A stretch of DNA of 61,076 bases, counting the filler, from Hausera hauseri (lineage: Eukaryota), in assembly GCA_046269625.1 (NCBI GenBank). It is 10 parts of 10 records of this genome, joined end to end, with 100 filler letters (N's around TTAATTAATTAA, not from the genome) between each part and the next. Parts side by side here need not be neighbours in the genome. Positions count along the whole stretch, not along the records: positions 36,237 to 41,285 come from JBJURY010351490.1; positions 41,386 to 48,018 come from JBJURY010080103.1; positions 48,119 to 52,326 come from JBJURY010700771.1; 7 more parts are not named here. One strand, 5' to 3'. The first letter of the stretch is position 1, and each line of letters begins with the position of its first letter. The notes under the pieces are model-generated. The model was not told where the DNA came from. It worked only from the letters and a program-made list of their open reading frames with translations, and made no database searches. The position numbers were made by a program, and so were the translations under genes. This document shows, piece after piece, positions 36,237-50,149 of the stretch.

Positions 36237-39200
36237 TTTTTTATCAAGGTTTGTTTAGGGTTTTGGGACTGTGGTGGCGCCAGAGTCCGCGGCACCACAC
36301 TACCCCCCATAGCAGAAGTGAAACAATAGAATTAAGGATGTAAAAGAAGCAGAAACGTGGAAGGAATAATTTTTATGATCTATTGCGTCTTTGTATGGAC
36401 AAGGCGTTGAATCTTATCGACATTTTGTTCTCTGCTGTATTTGCTGAAAGTGATTGTCTTGCTTTGTTTGACGTGCTGTTTTAATGTCTGTTGAAGTGGT
36501 TGGGATAAAGTTACCTTTTGATTTGACATTTCAGCAAGTTGAGAACTGGTCGGTATGTCACTTATTGTAGCTGTATGAGTTGTTGCAGGTTTTAGAGTAG
36601 CAGTTTGTCTAGTAGGTAGAGTGGAAGAAGAATTGAACGAGTCAAGAAAATTCTGTGTAGACTCAGCTGAGGATTCAGGTATGTCATTGACGAAAAATGC
36701 GGGTTTTACGTTGGTTATGTGCACGTTTTGTTCTTTGTCGTTTTTGAGTATTGTAACCGTGTGTGAACTTAGGTCGAGAACTTGAAATGGTCCTAAGTAG
36801 TTTGGTTGGAATCCAAAAGGTGAAAGGTTTTGTAACCGCACGAACTTTGCATTAAATAGTGAGTCAGGTAAGTATGTTTTGTTACCATGTATTAGTTTGC
36901 AAAAAGAGTCCTGGTTTAACTGGACGAAATGATTTTGTGCGGACCTAATGGTTTCGTCAGTTGGTATGTTGTCCAAATCAGTGAGTTCAAAAAGTGCACG
37001 AATTGTGGTACCAAAAAGTGCTTCAGCGAGTGCGCAACCGGTGGTAGTAGACGGCGTTTTGCGCCACCCGAGTAAAACGAAAGGAAGGATGGTTGACCAG
37101 ATCGTATGAGTTTCGGCCAGAATTTTTAGTGAGATTTTAAGTGTTCTGTAAAAGAGTTCCAATAAGCCGTTCGACTGGGGATGATATGGAGTTGTGTGTA
37201 TGTGACATATGCCCAGTCGATTAACTAAAGACTTTAATAGATTCGATTCAAATTGAGGACCTTGGTCCGTAATTATATAGCTGGGTGAACTGAACCGGCT
37301 AATTTAAATTCTTATGAATGCATCGGCTATGGAATCTATATTAATGGAGCGCAATGGAACGGCTTCAGGCCAACGAGATGCGCGGTCCATCATTGTTAAG
37401 ATGAATTGGTGGTCGTTATCAGAGGTAATGGGCAAACGATATCTAGATGTACAGATTTAAAACGAGATGTGCAGGGAAAGTAAAATAAAGGATGATTGAG
37501 ATGTTTAGCTACCTTGAATTTTTGGCAAGCCACACATTGCCTAACCCAGTACTGTACATCAGATCTCATTGGTGGCCATGTTACATGAAGTTTGAGGAGG
37601 TGGAATGTAGCCTTGGAACCTAGGTGATGCAAAAAATGAACGTGTTGAAATGCAGTTTGTTGGAGAGAAGATGCCAAAATTGGCAAATGTTGCCCAAGCG
37701 CCGACGTGTCCATGGCTATTCCATCGATGATTTGTACGGATTTGTACTGTTTAAGAATTTCAGTGGAAGGGGAATTTAGGATTAATTGTTCCTTAGAGAA
37801 TATTGGTGTGACACTAATAGCACCAACTGACCGTGATAAGAAGTCGGCTATTAAATTGTCTGTGCCGGAAATATGGCAAATTTTGAAGTTAAATGTTGAC
37901 AGATGAGATATGGCGTTATTATCGGAGTGATGGTTGTTTCATGTTCATTACGTGAACAAGAGGATTATGGTCCGTTTGAAAAGTGAAGAAACGAGCGATA
38001 AGCAAATGTGAAAAATGTTTCAGAGCTAAAACAATGGCCAGGAGTTCTCTATTGAAGGTACAATAACGGCGTTCTTGTGGCTGCAGCTTACGTGAAAAGA
38101 ATTCTAACGGCTCGTTTATACTTCGAGATATTTGATGAAGAACCGCTTCTACTGCTGTAATTGATGCGTCGGTTGTTAAAATTAGGTCAGCATAAGGTTT
38201 TGGGTAAGCTAAAATTTCGACTGTTTTGAGCTTGTCGCGGAGTTCATCGAACTGGTTAATAAATTCCGGTGTCCAATATATGAGCTTTTTCTTCGGCCAT
38301 GCTCCTAGTTCAGCGAAAGGAGCAGTTAACTGGCTACAGTGTGGGAGGTATTTATGTACAAAATGTAAAGTCCCAAGGGAACTACGCACATCAGTAGTGG
38401 TTTTTGGTAGCTCGATGTTTCGTAGCTGATGGATTCTATCAGGCTCTTGACTGTGACCGTCAGGTGTGATTACGTGGCCAAGGAAATTGATCTTTTCTGA
38501 AAGAAGAAACAATTGCAAATTGTGCTTGTGCAAGCGTTGGCAAACTAGTCTGAGATGTTCTTCGTGTTGTTTGGGCAATACAGATGCGACTAGTATGTCA
38601 TCCGTGTATGGATATACAAATGGCAAGCTTGAAATAATTGCATCAATGTGCCGCTGAAAAGTTTGTCCTGCGTTCTTTAAACCGAAGGCATGAATGCGTA
38701 TTCGAAAAGACCAAAAGGTCTTATTATGGCCGTTTTTTGGATGTCTTCTGAAGCTACCGGTATTTGATGGTAGGCTTTCTCAAGATCTATAGTCGACTAG
38801 ATTATTGTCTTGTGTAAGGAATGTAATATATCCTTAATCAAAGGTAGAGGATAAGTAATGTTATTAAGTTGGCAATAATCGCTGCATGGACGGAATGTGC
38901 TATTTTTTTGGGGACGACGTGGAGTGGTAATGCCCAATGTGATTTCAAGCCTTTTATTATGCAAGCTTGCTCGAGTGCAGAGAATTCCGCTTGGATTGTT
39001 TGTCGACGGCGTGGTGAAAGTGGGCGGAGTGATGATATGATGAAACGTCGTGTTAGCCGGTCAAAATGCTGGATCTTTCTTAATTGTATGGAAACAAGAC
39101 TTGAATAAATATTGTTGCATTTCTTGGCTAAGCGCAGTAAAGGTTTGATTGGACTTAGTGTGGGAAATGGTAGAAATCGGGCCGCCTAAATCGGACTGCA

Positions 39201-41220
39201 ACAAAAAAGTAGGATTGTTTATATTGGTTTTATCAGTAAGGTTTTTATTCACATTGATTAATGGTTTCTTCAATATTGCTTTTTTATTGAGATAGGCTGC
39301 ATGATCGGTTGGTTATTTGTAGGGGTCGACTTTGTTGAACTGCTTTTAATGATCCGACGTTGTTTACAATCTACAAAAAGGTTGTAGAAGGATAAGACAT
39401 CAGAGCCAAGTTTTGGGGATTGTGTGTCGGCATCTATGAAAGTCCAATTGAAAATGTCGGAGAATGGTGGTCAAGTGAATGAAACCTTGGAAGTGCCGAA
39501 AATGTGTAAAGCTTGGCCGTTAGCTTTGTATAATTTAGTGTTAGATGGTGAAATGGATGGTGTTTTGATGGACGGTGGTAACAAAGAGACAGAGGCCCCT
39601 GAGTCAATAAGGAAGTTGATAGATTGATGGGATTTGAAAGTTAAAGAGGCTTTTAATGTGAAAACTGCATAAGTACGGCTATCATGATGAAAACGTTTGC
39701 CTGTGCCAGTATGTGCCGAAACATCTGGTAGCTTTGTCAGTTTTTTTGGATAGAAGGATTTGGGGAGTCGGAAGAATTACGATGGAATTGGTTAAACCGA
39801 CTGGAAAACGTGCAACCGTTGATGCAGTTTCGGGCTTTGTTGCTGAACCTATTATGGTAAATACAAACGATGTCAGGTTTTTAAAAAGCGGGTGTAAAGA
39901 ATTTACACCCCGGGCAACATTTGTTGGATTGGTCCTTGAATCTAGTGTGATAATAGCACTCCATAAGTCGAATAAGGGACCTAATGGATCTCGAATTGTG
40001 TGATGATGCACGGCTATGATTAGTTGTGAATCGTTCTCGTCGCGTCATGGATAAACTGTCCAGTTTAGACGTTAAAGTGGAAATAGCTTGGTATTGCCGT
40101 GTTTTCAGACCGGAGAGCGTTTATTTGGTTATTTAGCGCTAAGATTTCAGCATTAGATGGTGTCAAAAATGGTTGTAATGTGGCTGCGACAATAAGAGTA
40201 TGGTGTGTATTTAATATTAAATAGCTTTTATCAGCCAGTTGTGCTAAATTTTCTAACGTAGCGGTGTCTTCAACGACGGTTAGTAAAGCGCGTATTTCTT
40301 TCGGTAACGATTGAAAGAAATATCTACGCAATAAGTCGGCATTGTTTATCTGGTTTACCCCTAACTTGTTTAATTGGGTTAAAGATGTTTGTAAAAATTC
40401 TGAGGATTTCTGGTTTCTTATCGAATTATCATTGAAATATTTTTGGATAATGTTATCCAGAGAAGGTTCAGTGAGTTTAAGAACAGCGTTAAATAGTGTC
40501 TTGTATGGGTCTACGGTTTGGAAGATTTCGGAAAGATTTGGGAGCGGTGATTTAATACTGGCTGGCAAGAGTATTTATAGACTATTTGCTTTGAAGAAAG
40601 GATCAGTAATGTTATTTGATTTAACCACTGTACATGGAATTCTAGCCATGTACGAATGGAATGTTGTTTATCTGTAAAATAGTCGACACAAGGGAAATGG
40701 ACCAAAGAGGATGCTGAATGCAGAACTAAAGGGGACTGCTTTAGAAGTACGTGTATGGTAGAAATATCAGTGAGTTCCGGAGATTCGTTTAATGCAGATT
40801 TGGTGTTGGAGCCACCGAATAGGCGCGGATATAAAGTTATTATTAATGGTGAAGTTGGGGATAAAAAGGATGATTTTAGATCGGAATAATGAAGATGGTA
40901 TCGGGTTATGCTTAGTGTGTAGCCTTTTAAGTTAATGCGATGAGCCAAATCTACAAACATATCTGCTACTGTTGCTTTAATGTGTGTGCGGTGTGTGTGG
41001 ATGTTTATTTTGAAGGAAAAGAAAAATAGGGAAAAAGGCGAGTTCCATGTCAGGGGTACAATGCGCTACCAGGGACACGACAGTGCCAAAAATCCCTGCA
41101 TTGTAATGGTTGATCTTTCTGACAGGTGAGATCATTGATTTGTACTGCAATGGTTCATTCCTAGCGTTAAGGTAATTCTGGAGAAATTGCGGACTATTGT
41201 CGAAATACGAGGTCACCAAC
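36237..41220 (-). mobile_element. Small Ty3/Gypsy element, copy 2, near full length, with PPT and start of 3' LTR
   Basis: PBS-like TGGTGACCTCG at 41218-41208; Ubl ending RLFGG; gag NQKSSEFL; LIDSGAS; YTDD; TTDAS; IN; PPT GGGGGGTAG (36308-36300) then TGTGG at 36299. Confidence 0.9.
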
Positions 41221-41385
41221 TTTTCGGGTAAAATTTTATATTTTAATAATTTAGTAGGTTCATTAATATAGGCATAATGAAAATANNNNNNNNNNNNNNN
41301 NNNNNNNNNNNNNNNNNNNNNNNNNNNNNTTAATTAATTAANNNNNNNNNNNNNNNNNNNNNNNNNNNNNNNNNNNNNNNNNNNN

Positions 41386-43200
41386 GCAATCTTAATCTCT
41401 TGACATATGAACAATTGATGAGATATCATGGGCTTCACACCTACTATTCTGACCCCATCATCACCATAAGGATATGTAATAAGGATATATCCTTTTCGTC
41501 AATAGATCCCTTCAACCAATAATTATTGATAAATTTAAACCAAACAAAAATTACCGAGTCAGTATCGCTGCTAGAAATGACATTGGAGATAGTGAGGACA
41601 ATTTAGTCGAACTTATGACACCAGCGGAAAAACCGGAACGACAAGTTCGAAATTTAAAAGCGGGTAGTAGCAAGCCTAACGAAATTTTCGTGTTATGAAA
41701 TGATCCGGATCCGGCATTTCAAAATTGAAAAATAATTTCATATCAAGTTTGTTATCAAGTCGTATCGCAGGTCGAAGAGGTTACTGTGAGTCAAATGGTG
41801 CGCCTCAATTGGTCGGATAAAAATGATAATTCGAATGCAAATTCTTATGCTAAAAGTAAAAGTGTTATTGACGAAGAAGTTACTATTTCTGGATTGTCTC
41901 ATTTTACCAAAGTTCAAACCTTGGCAGATCTACCTCACGCTCCTCCGACAAATTTATTCTGTCGACCGCAACAACAAACAATTGATTTAACCTGGAATCC
42001 ACCTCCTCGTCAGACTCTAAATGGCATTCTCATCCGTTTTGTCGTTCAATTTTATGAACTAAATCGGATGGGAGGCGAATCTGATATGTTAAGTGTTGAC
42101 GTTCAAGGTAGAACGACTGTAACGCTGAACAATATGTGACCGTGAACTGGTTACTCAATACGAGCTATTACTTTGAACAGGAATGATCTGGGTCCACCGT
42201 CGAAAAGTTTAGTTTGTGCCATCGTGGAAGCTAAACCAGAAGAACCAGAACAAGTTAAAGCTGCTAAAATTAACAACACATGTATCAGTATTTCTTGGTT
42301 ACACAGTACTAGAACCAATGGACGAATATTGGAGTACTGTGTTGCGGCGATTGGTTATGGTCTAACGGAACCCCTGCCTCGATGTCGGCCGCCTAATTTC
42401 GAAAAACGATATAATTACATGATTTGCTGTAATCGACAACATATTTCACGAGTATACGTCTTGACCAGAAATGCGTACAATGGCGAATACAAAGAGTCTA
42501 CGAAGATTGACGAATTCCCTGCAATACTATCATTAGAATTCATTTTAATTGTTAAAAAGGCTACTCCTTTAGTCCTCCGTGCTAGGTTATCCTTGGTTAT
42601 GCTCAAAGGCCAACGTGGAAAGAAGATTTATTAGACATTTCGAACAGTGACCATTCAAATTTGGATGTTCTTAAAAAAAATTCGCGATTAACAAAGTCCG
42701 TCGAAAAATTCCGCACGTTCTCATATGTGTGCAGTACAATTTACAATTCCATCGAATGCAATCTGAATATCCAAAAATCAACAAATGGTTTGCCACGAAC
42801 ACCAATCATTAGTGATATTCGAACGAGGGAAAATATTGTTTTTATGAGCTGGAAATCTCGTGGTACAACTGACAGTACGGCACCAATAATTGGGCTCATT
42901 GTGAACTGGACTAATCGGTACACAAACAAATTCAAAACTGTACCACCCGAACACAGTGCTCGAATGCTTTATATGAACAACGTTACTTGTTCGTCAGGTT
43001 TTAATTTTCAAATCAGGTCCCAGAATGCGATAGGCAAAAGTGATTATAGCAATCCAAAGAGTTTTCGAACTCAAGGAACGGCTTCCAAATTCGCAGATAC
43101 TAATACCCTTTTACCACAAAGGCAGATCAGGTCACACGGCGCCAATGTCAATTTAACAGCATTCGGTTCCGGCGAAAATTGTTCAGCGCAATTGTTTTAG
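41386..43200 (+). pseudogene. Dscam-like cell adhesion gene fragment (FN3 repeats with an intervening Ig-like segment), disrupted
   Basis: Successive FN3 units (TLADLPHAPPTNL..LTWNPPP..LNG; EAKPEEPEQVKA..ISW..TNGRILEY; TAPIIG..TCSSGFNF..NAIGKSDYS..RTQG..NLTAFGSGENC) follow the Dscam FN3 pattern. In-frame stops present. Confidence 0.65.
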
Positions 43201-43202
43201 AC

Positions 43203-46200
43203 CGTGGCACTACAGCAATCATTCCATATTAAAATCACATCATCAATGTTTGGTCACAATGAGGATGCTGTCATGGCGTTCAATAAAACCACATTCAGAC
43301 ACAGGTTGGTGAAATACTTTTTGCTGATCTGCCCCCTCCAGTGCGATTATTTTACCACTATTCCCCGGGCTGCACGCTCAAATCTCTTTCTAGCGCAAAT
43401 GAAAACAGCTCAAAATCCCCGCGCATACAAACCTTTTCTCAAACCTTTACCTTACCGCAATTTTCCTTTCTTTATTTTTGCAATAACCATCATATAAAAA
43501 CCATAAAAGCTCCAATCAACGACACAGCACAGTTCCTATACAACTCTTTATCCTCATTATTCAATACTTCTGACTTCTACTTCACATATCAAGGTCTTAC
43601 CATACATCCTTCAGACTCCCTTTAACTCTTCACATGTCACGAACATCGGATCATCCATCTCACGCTCCACTTCCGCCTTCGGTGGGGATCGGACCCAAAT
43701 CCATCTTTCTCGGATGATAAATCTACAAATACATTCAATATTTATCGTTTACCAAACTCTCAACAATCATGAGATTCGCTAAATCTATTTTGTGTGGAAT
43801 TTTTCCTTGACAAAAACAATTCCAGTAAACCATGGCTCCAGTTCCACCAACAGTGGCTAAAGTCCAACAACGTCACTGACACTTTCACGCGAACAAACAG
43901 TCTTTTATTTCTTCTGTCTGCTAACGTTAAGCAGCAGATCAGCAAAATATCCGAAATGCCTAAATCATCGACACCTTACGAAACACTCTGTGAGGCTGTA
44001 CTCCATATCATGGATCCTTCGATAGATAATATTATACAAAAATACTTTAACCACCATGCGATAGGAAACCAAAAGCCATCCTATTTTCTCCAAACGGCCA
44101 TTTTGCAGCTTAACGCCGTAGGCGTAACGCCTACGAATAACACGAACCTAATTAGCCGTTATTTTTTGTCATCTTTGCCACCTCAATCAAAGCCTTGCTT
44201 ACCGTCGTCGACAAGTCTACTGCTATTGAAAAACTGGTCATAATGGCTGATAAGTTCTTTGAAATCTTCCATACAAATAGTTCTCTCCCAATTGCGGCTG
44301 CAACCACAAATGCGCCAGTTATAGACACAACATTCTTCACTCGACAATTGCAAATGATGCAACAACAATTCGACACATTACAACAGTCAATTTTGGCCAT
44401 TACCACCCAAATGAACAATTTTAATGGACCTCGGCGAAGTGAATCGAGACCTTCATGGGAGCGAAGCATTTAAAAACACTCTACGCGATCCATTTCACCT
44501 GGCGGATGCATAGCTTGCTTCTATCATACGAGGTTTCGAAAAGATGCAAGGAAATGTTTCTTGGGCTGCCGGTTCTACAGCGAATGATACGCTGTGGACA
44601 ACCCTATTTGCATCTACCACAATAAGTTCCAGTCACAGGCCAGATCATGTATGCCTGGTTGCAAATATTACCAAAATAAATCACTTCCATTTTCCTCCCC
44701 TTCTCCTTTTTTTCCAAATCCTTCAAAAAACTAATATCGCCGCCAGATTTTACGGCACACTCTGGTATAGGCAATACATTGCATTCTTCTGGCCGTCTTA
44801 ATACCACCTCTGCTGCCTTTCGGTTGAAAGCTGCAATCTTCTCTGACAATTTATCAAACATAGATTTTCTGATTGTCTTTGGAGCCGCCTTTTCCATTTT
44901 ACCCCTATCTTTCGCTCCAACATCCAACAATTTTTCTTAGCCTCAGCTATTTACAGCCAGGGAGCAGCTTTTGCGTATTGTTGGCACCACAGAGCTAACT
45001 TTTACTTTTCATCACTTACCAGACAAGTTTGTTTGGAAGTTCCTCATCGCTAACATAAATTCACCAATAATCGGCTGGGATTTCCTAGCCGCACACGATC
45101 TGTTGGTTGATTGTAAATATGGTCGTCTTCTGTGCAGGAATTCTATCGCAAATCCAGTCAAATGTCTCACAGACAATCTAGCGAACAATTCATTGCACTC
45201 ATTTGTAAATATGTTGAACGCTTCATCAACTATTGACAAAACCTTCGATAAAGTAGGTATTCATTCAATTATAAATAACAATCACAAATCTATTTTAAAA
45301 CAAAAATCCAAATTCAGTCTTAACAGTGGCAATGCCAGTTGATTTTCGTCAATTACTGAAACTGTCTCTTCCGATGATATGCCTCAATCGTTCTTATCTC
45401 TAGACTCCGATTTTGAATCATACATAACAACGTCTTGCTTTCGCATAGTTAACAGGGACATTAACTTCAAGTCTCCATCCTCAACTTATTACCATATAGT
45501 AACAGAGCATCAGAGGCCTATCAAACAAAAGGTCAGACCCTTGTTGCCACGCAGACGTAAAGCTGTGGAACAGGAGTTTAATGAACTGGAAAGGTCTTGC
45601 ATCATTCGCAGATCGAATTCACCTTGGGATTTTCCTCTTCATATAGTAGCAAAGAAACATGGGACTTATAGGCCATGCGGCAACTATAGTAAATTAAACA
45701 ACCTTACTATTACAGATGCCTATCCAATACCACTCATTAAGGATATCCTTCATAGTCTCAATAACACAAAAACCTATTCTACCATTGATCTGCAAAAGAC
45801 CTATCATCAAATTCTTGTTGCACCTGATGACATTCAAAAAACTGCTGTCATCACACCTTTTGGCCTTTATGAATGCATTTTCATGCCTTTCGGCCTACGT
45901 AGCGTATCTCAGACCTTTCAACGCCATATTGACACCGTACTCTCAGGTCTTGATTTTGCTCATCCATATATAGACAACATACTAGTCGCTGCCATCTCCA
46001 TCAAACAACATCAAGAGCATCTCCGAATTATTTTCCGCAGATAGCATCAAATCAACCTACAGATTAATTTATCCAAGTGTAATTTCTTCCAGAAAAGCAT
46101 CAACTTCTTAGGCCACATAATTACTCCCGATGGTCATTCTCCCAGCCTGATCGCTTACAACAAATGAAAAATGTGACGTTACCAACTACTACTACCGATA

Positions 46201-47840
46201 TAAGGAGTTTTCAAGGGACATTGCATTTCGTACACAAATACGTGCCACACTGCTCCGAACTAACGGCACCTTTGGCACACTTCTCATCCGGGAAGAAAAG
46301 ACATTTAATCCACTGGACTCCCGATTTAGTAAACCAATTTGATCGCCTTCATGAAAGTCTGAAAATCGTTAAAATCTTGGCCTTTCCAAAACCCAACGCG
46401 GAACTAATATTAACTACTGATGCCTGAACCACAGCCACTGGTGCAATATTGCATAAAGTATACAATGGTGTCGAGGAGCCATTAGAATTCTATTTCCGAA
46501 AGCTCACGCAACCAGAAAATCGATACTCAAATTCGATTGTAAGATCCTGGCCATAGTTCTCTCCGTAAAGCATTTCAAGCATTTGCTTCTATCACGTCAT
46601 TTTATCATCCAAACCAACCATAAGCCTCTACTTCATATCATGACGTTAAAACAGCCATCATCCAGAAAAGAACGACAGATATTATACCTGTCGACATTTA
46701 GTTTTTCTATGAAATATATTTCAGGCACCGAAAATTTAGTAGCAGACTTTCTGTCGCGGTAGGTCAGCTGAATTACAGTTCAGCCAATTTTCTCCTCTGA
46801 AATCCTGCGAAGTAATCAGCCATCATCTGATATTCTCCAAGCTTTTAAATCTGTTGATATCATCGATGACATCGCCTACGACACATCCAACTCGATCAAT
46901 AAAAAAAATCATTCTCGCTCCATCGTTACAAAATATAGCTTTCACTAATTTTCAATCTCATCATCCGGGTTCAAAAGCCACATTTCGTCTACTGCAACGC
47001 CACGTGGTATGGCCCACTATGCTTACAGATGTACAGATATGGGTTAAGGGATGTGTAACATGTCAGCAATATAAAGTCCATAAACACATTAAACCACCAC
47101 TTTACCACTTCCCTCGTACGTCTCGTTTTGACACGTTCATTTGGATTTTGTCGTTCCTTTACGATGCGACAACGGTTATCAATACATCTTATTTATGATA
47201 AATTGCGCTTCTCGCTGGCCGGAAGCTCTTCCTCTTCGATCAACCAATACCGATTCCATAGCAGATGCCATTATCAAAATAGGGATCAGCCGCTTTGGTT
47301 CACCACGTCACATTTTAACGGACTAGGGTCCGAAATTTGAACCTGATCTTTTTAAATCTCTAGTAAAGCACTTGGGGATAGCCCATTTCCATACAACACC
47401 GTACCATCCCCAAGCAAATGGTCTTCTTGAGAAATTTCACCACACCATGAAGACTTGCTTGAAAATCTTGGCAAATAACAATCGTAATTTGATCTCAATT
47501 CTTCCTTTTGTCCTGCTCGGTTGAGGCAACACGCCATTTACCACCACAGGTTGTGCTTCAACTAAGGCTCTCTTTTGGATACCAATTCGTGCCATATTTG
47601 AGCTCTCCAATCTCGATGAAAGTCCGTCAGATGAAGTTATTTGTGTGGCACAGTCCCACTTTGTAGATGTCAACTCAAACGCCTTTTGCCGTCTTATAAA
47701 TAAAGCCAAATCGTATATTCCAGAAGACTTATACTCAGCCTAGTTTGCGTGGCTGAAGGATCCGTCACCTTCTGGTTTTCGGCCTCAGTACGTTGGCCAT
47801 TATAAACTACTCGACCTTTCTTCGCACACCGCTACTACTT
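43203..47840 (+). mobile_element. Small Ty3/Gypsy element, copy 3, decayed, abutting the Dscam-like fragment
   Basis: Possible short 5' LTR (AATAAA at 43282, ending CA at 43303) then TGGTGA; Ubl ending RLRWG; gag IGNQKPSYFL; IIGWDFL; DAYPIP, MPFGL, YIDN; TTDA; IN RWPEA, YHPQANG. Confidence 0.9.
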
Positions 47841-48118
47841 TACGTAATAGTAGGTAGAAAAGAGTCCACTGCCGCAAGCCCCCCCCCCCGCGGAAAGAAA
47901 GCATTGAGCGTGGGAAAATTTTCGGACCGTGGGAAAATTTGTTATGTTATCGAGAAAATTTTTTTTCCTTGGTAGCTAAATTTTTTTTGAAAGTTCTATC
48001 TTGTGCAGAATTTAATTCNNNNNNNNNNNNNNNNNNNNNNNNNNNNNNNNNNNNNNNNNNNNTTAATTAATTAANNNNNNNNNNNNNNNNNNNNNNNNNN
48101 NNNNNNNNNNNNNNNNNN

Positions 48119-49371
48119 TCACTTTCACAGCTTTCTCCGACCTGGTCTGTGAGTTGGATGTCTTTTGCGAAGATTTTCGCTTGATCAATTTTAAAATAAC
48201 GGAGAGAAAAAGCACCGGAGCCAAGGAGACGGACATGGGACTTTCTCAAGACAACCAGAGGCCGTGGTTCACACTCCCGGATCACGAGGGGGAGCGTAAA
48301 CCACGCTCTGCTACCATTTGTAAGAGATACAATATCAAAATATATAAATGATAGCATCGTGGATCGAAACCACGCTCTGCTACCATTTGTTAGAAATACA
48401 TAATAATATTCATATAAGAAATTCATTTCACTATCATATGGTTTGCTGGGCCCATTTCTAACAAACCTTTTTCCCTGATTCGTACTACCCTTTGAATAAT
48501 CCACTATATCCCTTTTGTTTCCCCTCCATTCCCCACCTGATATATAATTATATGTCAATCCATTTAAAGTGATGTTTGCGATTTTCGCAGCCATTGATTT
48601 CGGAGGGCTGCTCTCCGGGGGAATTTCTCCACCTTTAAACAGGTATCTGTAAGCAAGCATGCAGAGTTTAACAGTCATACAAACCCTGGCAGGGTTCATC
48701 ATACTAAAACAACGAGAATAAACTAGAACAATCTTATTAACACGACACACAAATACCTTACAAGCTTCTGGAACAGACATATTTCGACGGATAATTTTTG
48801 GAACAGTCAATACATCTAACTGATCAGCGCCTTCGAGATCTGATATACTTTTTCCATGTTTTTTCACAACATTAATTCGTATTTTGGTTTCAGAAATTTG
48901 TTGAGAATTAGAGACAGATACTGGAGCAGACATATTTCGACGAATAAATTTTGGAACAGTCAATAAATTTATCTGATCAACACTTTTGAGATCTGACATA
49001 CTTTTTTTACATCTTTTCCCATTGCTAATTCGTCCTTTAATTTCAGAGATATTCTGAGATATAGACTTAGAAGCCATTTGTAATGCTTTAAATTCCAAAT
49101 AAATCATGTCAGAATGTTGTATTTGTTTCTGAAGATACGACGATTGGGACAATTTTATTCTGCTGTGTTTCTGAGGCCTTTCCTGGCCCAAATTCTCCAT
49201 ATTTTTTGGTGAGGTTTCACACCCCTGTCCTCCAAAATCTTCTGCGTCTATTGGCGTTTCTTTTTTGTCAACATGATTGTTATTTTTCCTGTAATTCCCG
49301 CTTTCCGATTCCGTCCGTAACAGGACTTTGGAATCATAATTTACGATTTGCATTATTGCAATTTTATTCAA
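48119..49371 (-). CDS. Uncharacterised open frame with an internal ~51-aa duplication; may be chimeric
   Basis: Long stop-free frame; SxSDLxxxDQxxxLTVPKxIRRNMSxP occurs twice about 153 nt apart. Confidence 0.35.
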
Positions 49372-49446
49372 TAATTTTTATCAATGCCAATTATCAGCTG
49401 CTATAGCAGCTTATATTTCCCTATATAAAGAATATATGTATATATG

Positions 49447-49977
49447 TCAATATTTATATTTATATATATAATGATCCTTTGTACTATAACGTTTCTGGAA
49501 TGAGGAAAATGCTTTATTCGTTTTCTGAAGTTTAAGTCGGACTGCAGCACTTCTCCACCATGCCTGAATTTTGATAACAGCCCAAACATTCAACGAAATA
49601 TTTGTCTGATGCATGGAACTTTGTTCCAAAATAGTCAACAGTTTTCGAAGATTTTGCGAAAACGTTTTAGACACACCCATTTCTGTTGCTTTTTTGTAAG
49701 GCAGCGCCCACTTTAATAGTAATATCTTGAGGCCTTTGTAGTGAAATTTTACCGTTGAAATTAAAGAGGAATCTGAGTTGAGAAGTTCGATGAAACACTT
49801 TATGGATATCTCCGCTAACTGCCTACTTTTACTGATAGCCAATTGATAAATAACTTCATCGATAATTGTTGTGACAATGTTTCCAATACCTTGTACTTGC
49901 TCCTTTCCAGTCTGATTGACAACATCGGGTTTTATTTTTATCAATTTAATAACGTGTTCTGTCATTAACAGACTCAA
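49447..49977 (-). pseudogene. IQCB1/NPHP5-like fragment with an IQ motif
   Basis: IIDEVIYQL, HYKGLKILL, FSQNLRKLL, IKIQAWWRS..RLKLQK..FQKRY parallel the recalled IQCB1 segment (ILDEVVFKL, YKGLRRLL, FSQELRQL, LIQAYWKG..RKRLKK..LQRSF). A probable short intron follows, then stops. Confidence 0.6.
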
Positions 49978-50149
49978 ATCTTCAATATCACTATACCAAT
50001 ATTTACTGTTTTGTTATATAATTCAATTAATAAAAACAATTTGTTTGTTTCCATTTTTGATGGTTTTACGATTTTAGAAATTCAACTAGAAATTCTACTA
50101 GAAATTCAACAAACTAATGTCCTCTTTGTCGTTATTTTGAGTACATTTG

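Noticed and set aside
47844-48018. AGTAGGTAG-starting sequence truncating Gypsy copy 3, possibly a Polinton-type terminus
   Set aside because: Imperfect motif, no partner end, and the contig stops within 180 nt.
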